Below are positions 58,854 to 60,783 of a stretch of 60,783 nucleotides of DNA, one piece after another. Positions within the stretch are counted from its first letter, which is position 1. Every line of letters begins with the position of its first letter. The position numbers and the translations under genes are program-made. The stretch comes from Macrostomum lignano (lineage: Eukaryota). The notes under the pieces were generated by a model. The model was not told the DNA's origin. It ran no database searches and saw only the letters and a list, made by a program, of their open reading frames with translations. The DNA lies in contig NIVC01003180.1 in NCBI GenBank assembly GCA_002269645.1, positions 1 through 60,783 of the forward strand, given 5' to 3'.

Positions 58854-60783
58854 GCTGCTGAGCTGCTGTGGGGTCTTTTATATATACGATGGGCTCTACT
58901 CTTCACAACTCTTCACAAATTGCGTTTTCTGCTGCTTCTGGCCGGAAGCCGGATGCCAGGGGACAAGGCTCTGGCGGGAACAAGGAGCAACTTCAACAAT
59001 GCTTTCTGCAGGCACGCAGCACAATGGGCCTGTCTAACCGATTGCTGAGTGCTGGCTTCTAGGCTAAAGAATGCAAATTTGAGAAGTGCTGTAGAAAAAA
59101 TTCTATCGTTGCTTCAGTTTTGAATTGGCGGGCCAGGCTCGCGCTGTTGTCAGGGGCAACGTTGGACGGGGCAGCCGCGTACACTGTGGGGCGGTGGGGC
59201 AGGCCGTACAGACCCGCTCTCTGCCCCAGGTGTATCTTCTGTCCTCCCTCACTCTGCTCTCTTTCTCTCTCTCTTCTCAGGCCAGTGAACGGAGCAGGCT
59301 TAGAATGTTAGTAGTGTGTCGCATGAAGCCAAGCCTTGTCACCAGGTCGTGCTTTTTACCTCTATTCTTGTGTAGAATGAAGAATAGCAGCTGTTCATTG
59401 CTGACCGTACTTACTCAATAAACGTTCGCGCATCGTCCTGCTCATATCATCGAGCTATCGACGAATCAAATTTTCCATAGTTGGATTAGATTCAGCTCTA
59501 TAAAGTGAGAAAAGAGAATCGATGTTTATAAATAATAAGCCATTTCCAATCAGACTACTACTAGTAATCTAATAAGACGAGCATACCGCAGAAAAAGAAG
59601 CAGATTTTGTAAGCCTTTTGTAGGCTTCAGGATCCGCAGACTTTTAACATTTAATTACATCGAACTTTATTGAATTGTCTCTTGAATTCTCTTGAGTTTT
59701 ACCTGTGTCACCTCTCAGTACTGCAACAAAAACCACTTGGGAGTGCGCGCATGGGGTGTATATATTGGGTGTACACATTGAAACCAATTGCAAAGGGTCG
59801 AGCCACGGATAACTGAAGTAGAAGGGCTACTAAACTCGATTTTCTTAGAAATGAGCTGGGCGGTAAGGAAAGCATACCTGTCGTATCGCTATCGCTAGTG
59901 CATTTTGCATACTCTATAGGAAACGAATTAACGCTGAATGGGGGTTTTGCCATTGAGCCCGCCGAGATTTGCCTGCAATGCTTAGTAACTCTTAAAAAGA
60001 TTTATCCGACCAAAACGTTTTGATGGTAACTGGGGTACATCTGTGAGCTATTAGTTCATGCAAATGCCATGTTGCTCTGTCCCTAATTCTCTTTATTAAG
60101 ACTTACTAAGCACTGGGAGGCAACGCAGACAAAATCTGCCGCGTGGCTAAATACGCTGCAGGAAAAAAGCATTGTGGACAAAGTTTCATCGGGAAAAGCT
60201 CGGTGAGCAATTCGTCTGCGGGCAATTCTCATGGAACCCCCAATATACGTCCGATATATTCAACAATGTCCAATATAGTATAACACAAGTTCGTTACACG
60301 AGTTCGCTCCGCAGTCTATTATTGCATCTGCAGTTATAAAAAGATTGATTTGATCGTAAACAAGACAAAAATATGTACAAGAAGGAATACGCTACTTATT
60401 TAGTAAGTACGTATAAAAGCCTCCGAAACTATAAATAGATTGTATACATTATTACCCGGTGCAAAAGTCGAACAAATAGAACAAATAACATTTTGAAATA
60501 GATTTACATCAGTAGATTGAGTTGAAAATAGCGAATGCAAGTCAATGTTGACCCAGCATAGCCATATCCAATCCACGTATAGCTATAGGCTTCTCCATCT
60601 TTTAGGGTCATGTCAGTGGTAAGTTTTAAACCCATTGTGCTGCTGCTTCACCTTTAGCTTCCACAATGAGCTTCAGCCCACATCCTTTTTACCGATGCGC
60701 TGCTTATTTAATGTCATTCATTCTCCGTTCACCGGCCCGGGCGACACGGAGGCTGTTCGACGGGCCAGCGCAGACACTGACAG

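Noticed and set aside
60715-60783. GC-rich end of the window as a possible last codons of a minus-strand gene
   Set aside because: Only about 20 codons are visible, which is too little to support a call.

Overview
Eukaryotic (animal) genomic DNA with spliceosomal GT-AG introns. GC-rich, Ala/Gln-rich exons and introns filled with minisatellites suggest a Macrostomum-type flatworm (inference, not checked). Genes assembled by hand with splice phases verified: (1) a 5-HT7-like serotonin GPCR on the minus strand, two coding exons found, last exon not located; (2) a 13-exon Caskin orthologue (ANK-SH3-SAM-SAM plus conserved C-terminal motif), 20932-39403, with a different tandem repeat in most introns; (3) a 2-exon omega-like GST; (4) three intronless paralogues of an unassigned secreted Cys-rich protein, near-identical in the core and variable and mosaic in the last ~90 aa; (5) CISD2; (6) DNAI7/CASC1. 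Mobile DNA: a 2.5-kb TIR element with an amplified subterminal motif, a hAT MITE with a near-perfect 8-bp TSD, two copies of another MITE, a decayed Tc1/mariner (maT-like) transposase and a 5'-truncated RTE LINE. The most notable observations are the three-gene family and a sharply bounded CpG desert (about 4 CpG in 4.4 kb) over old transposons, which also show some CpA-context C-to-T changes. All counts and coordinates were read by eye.
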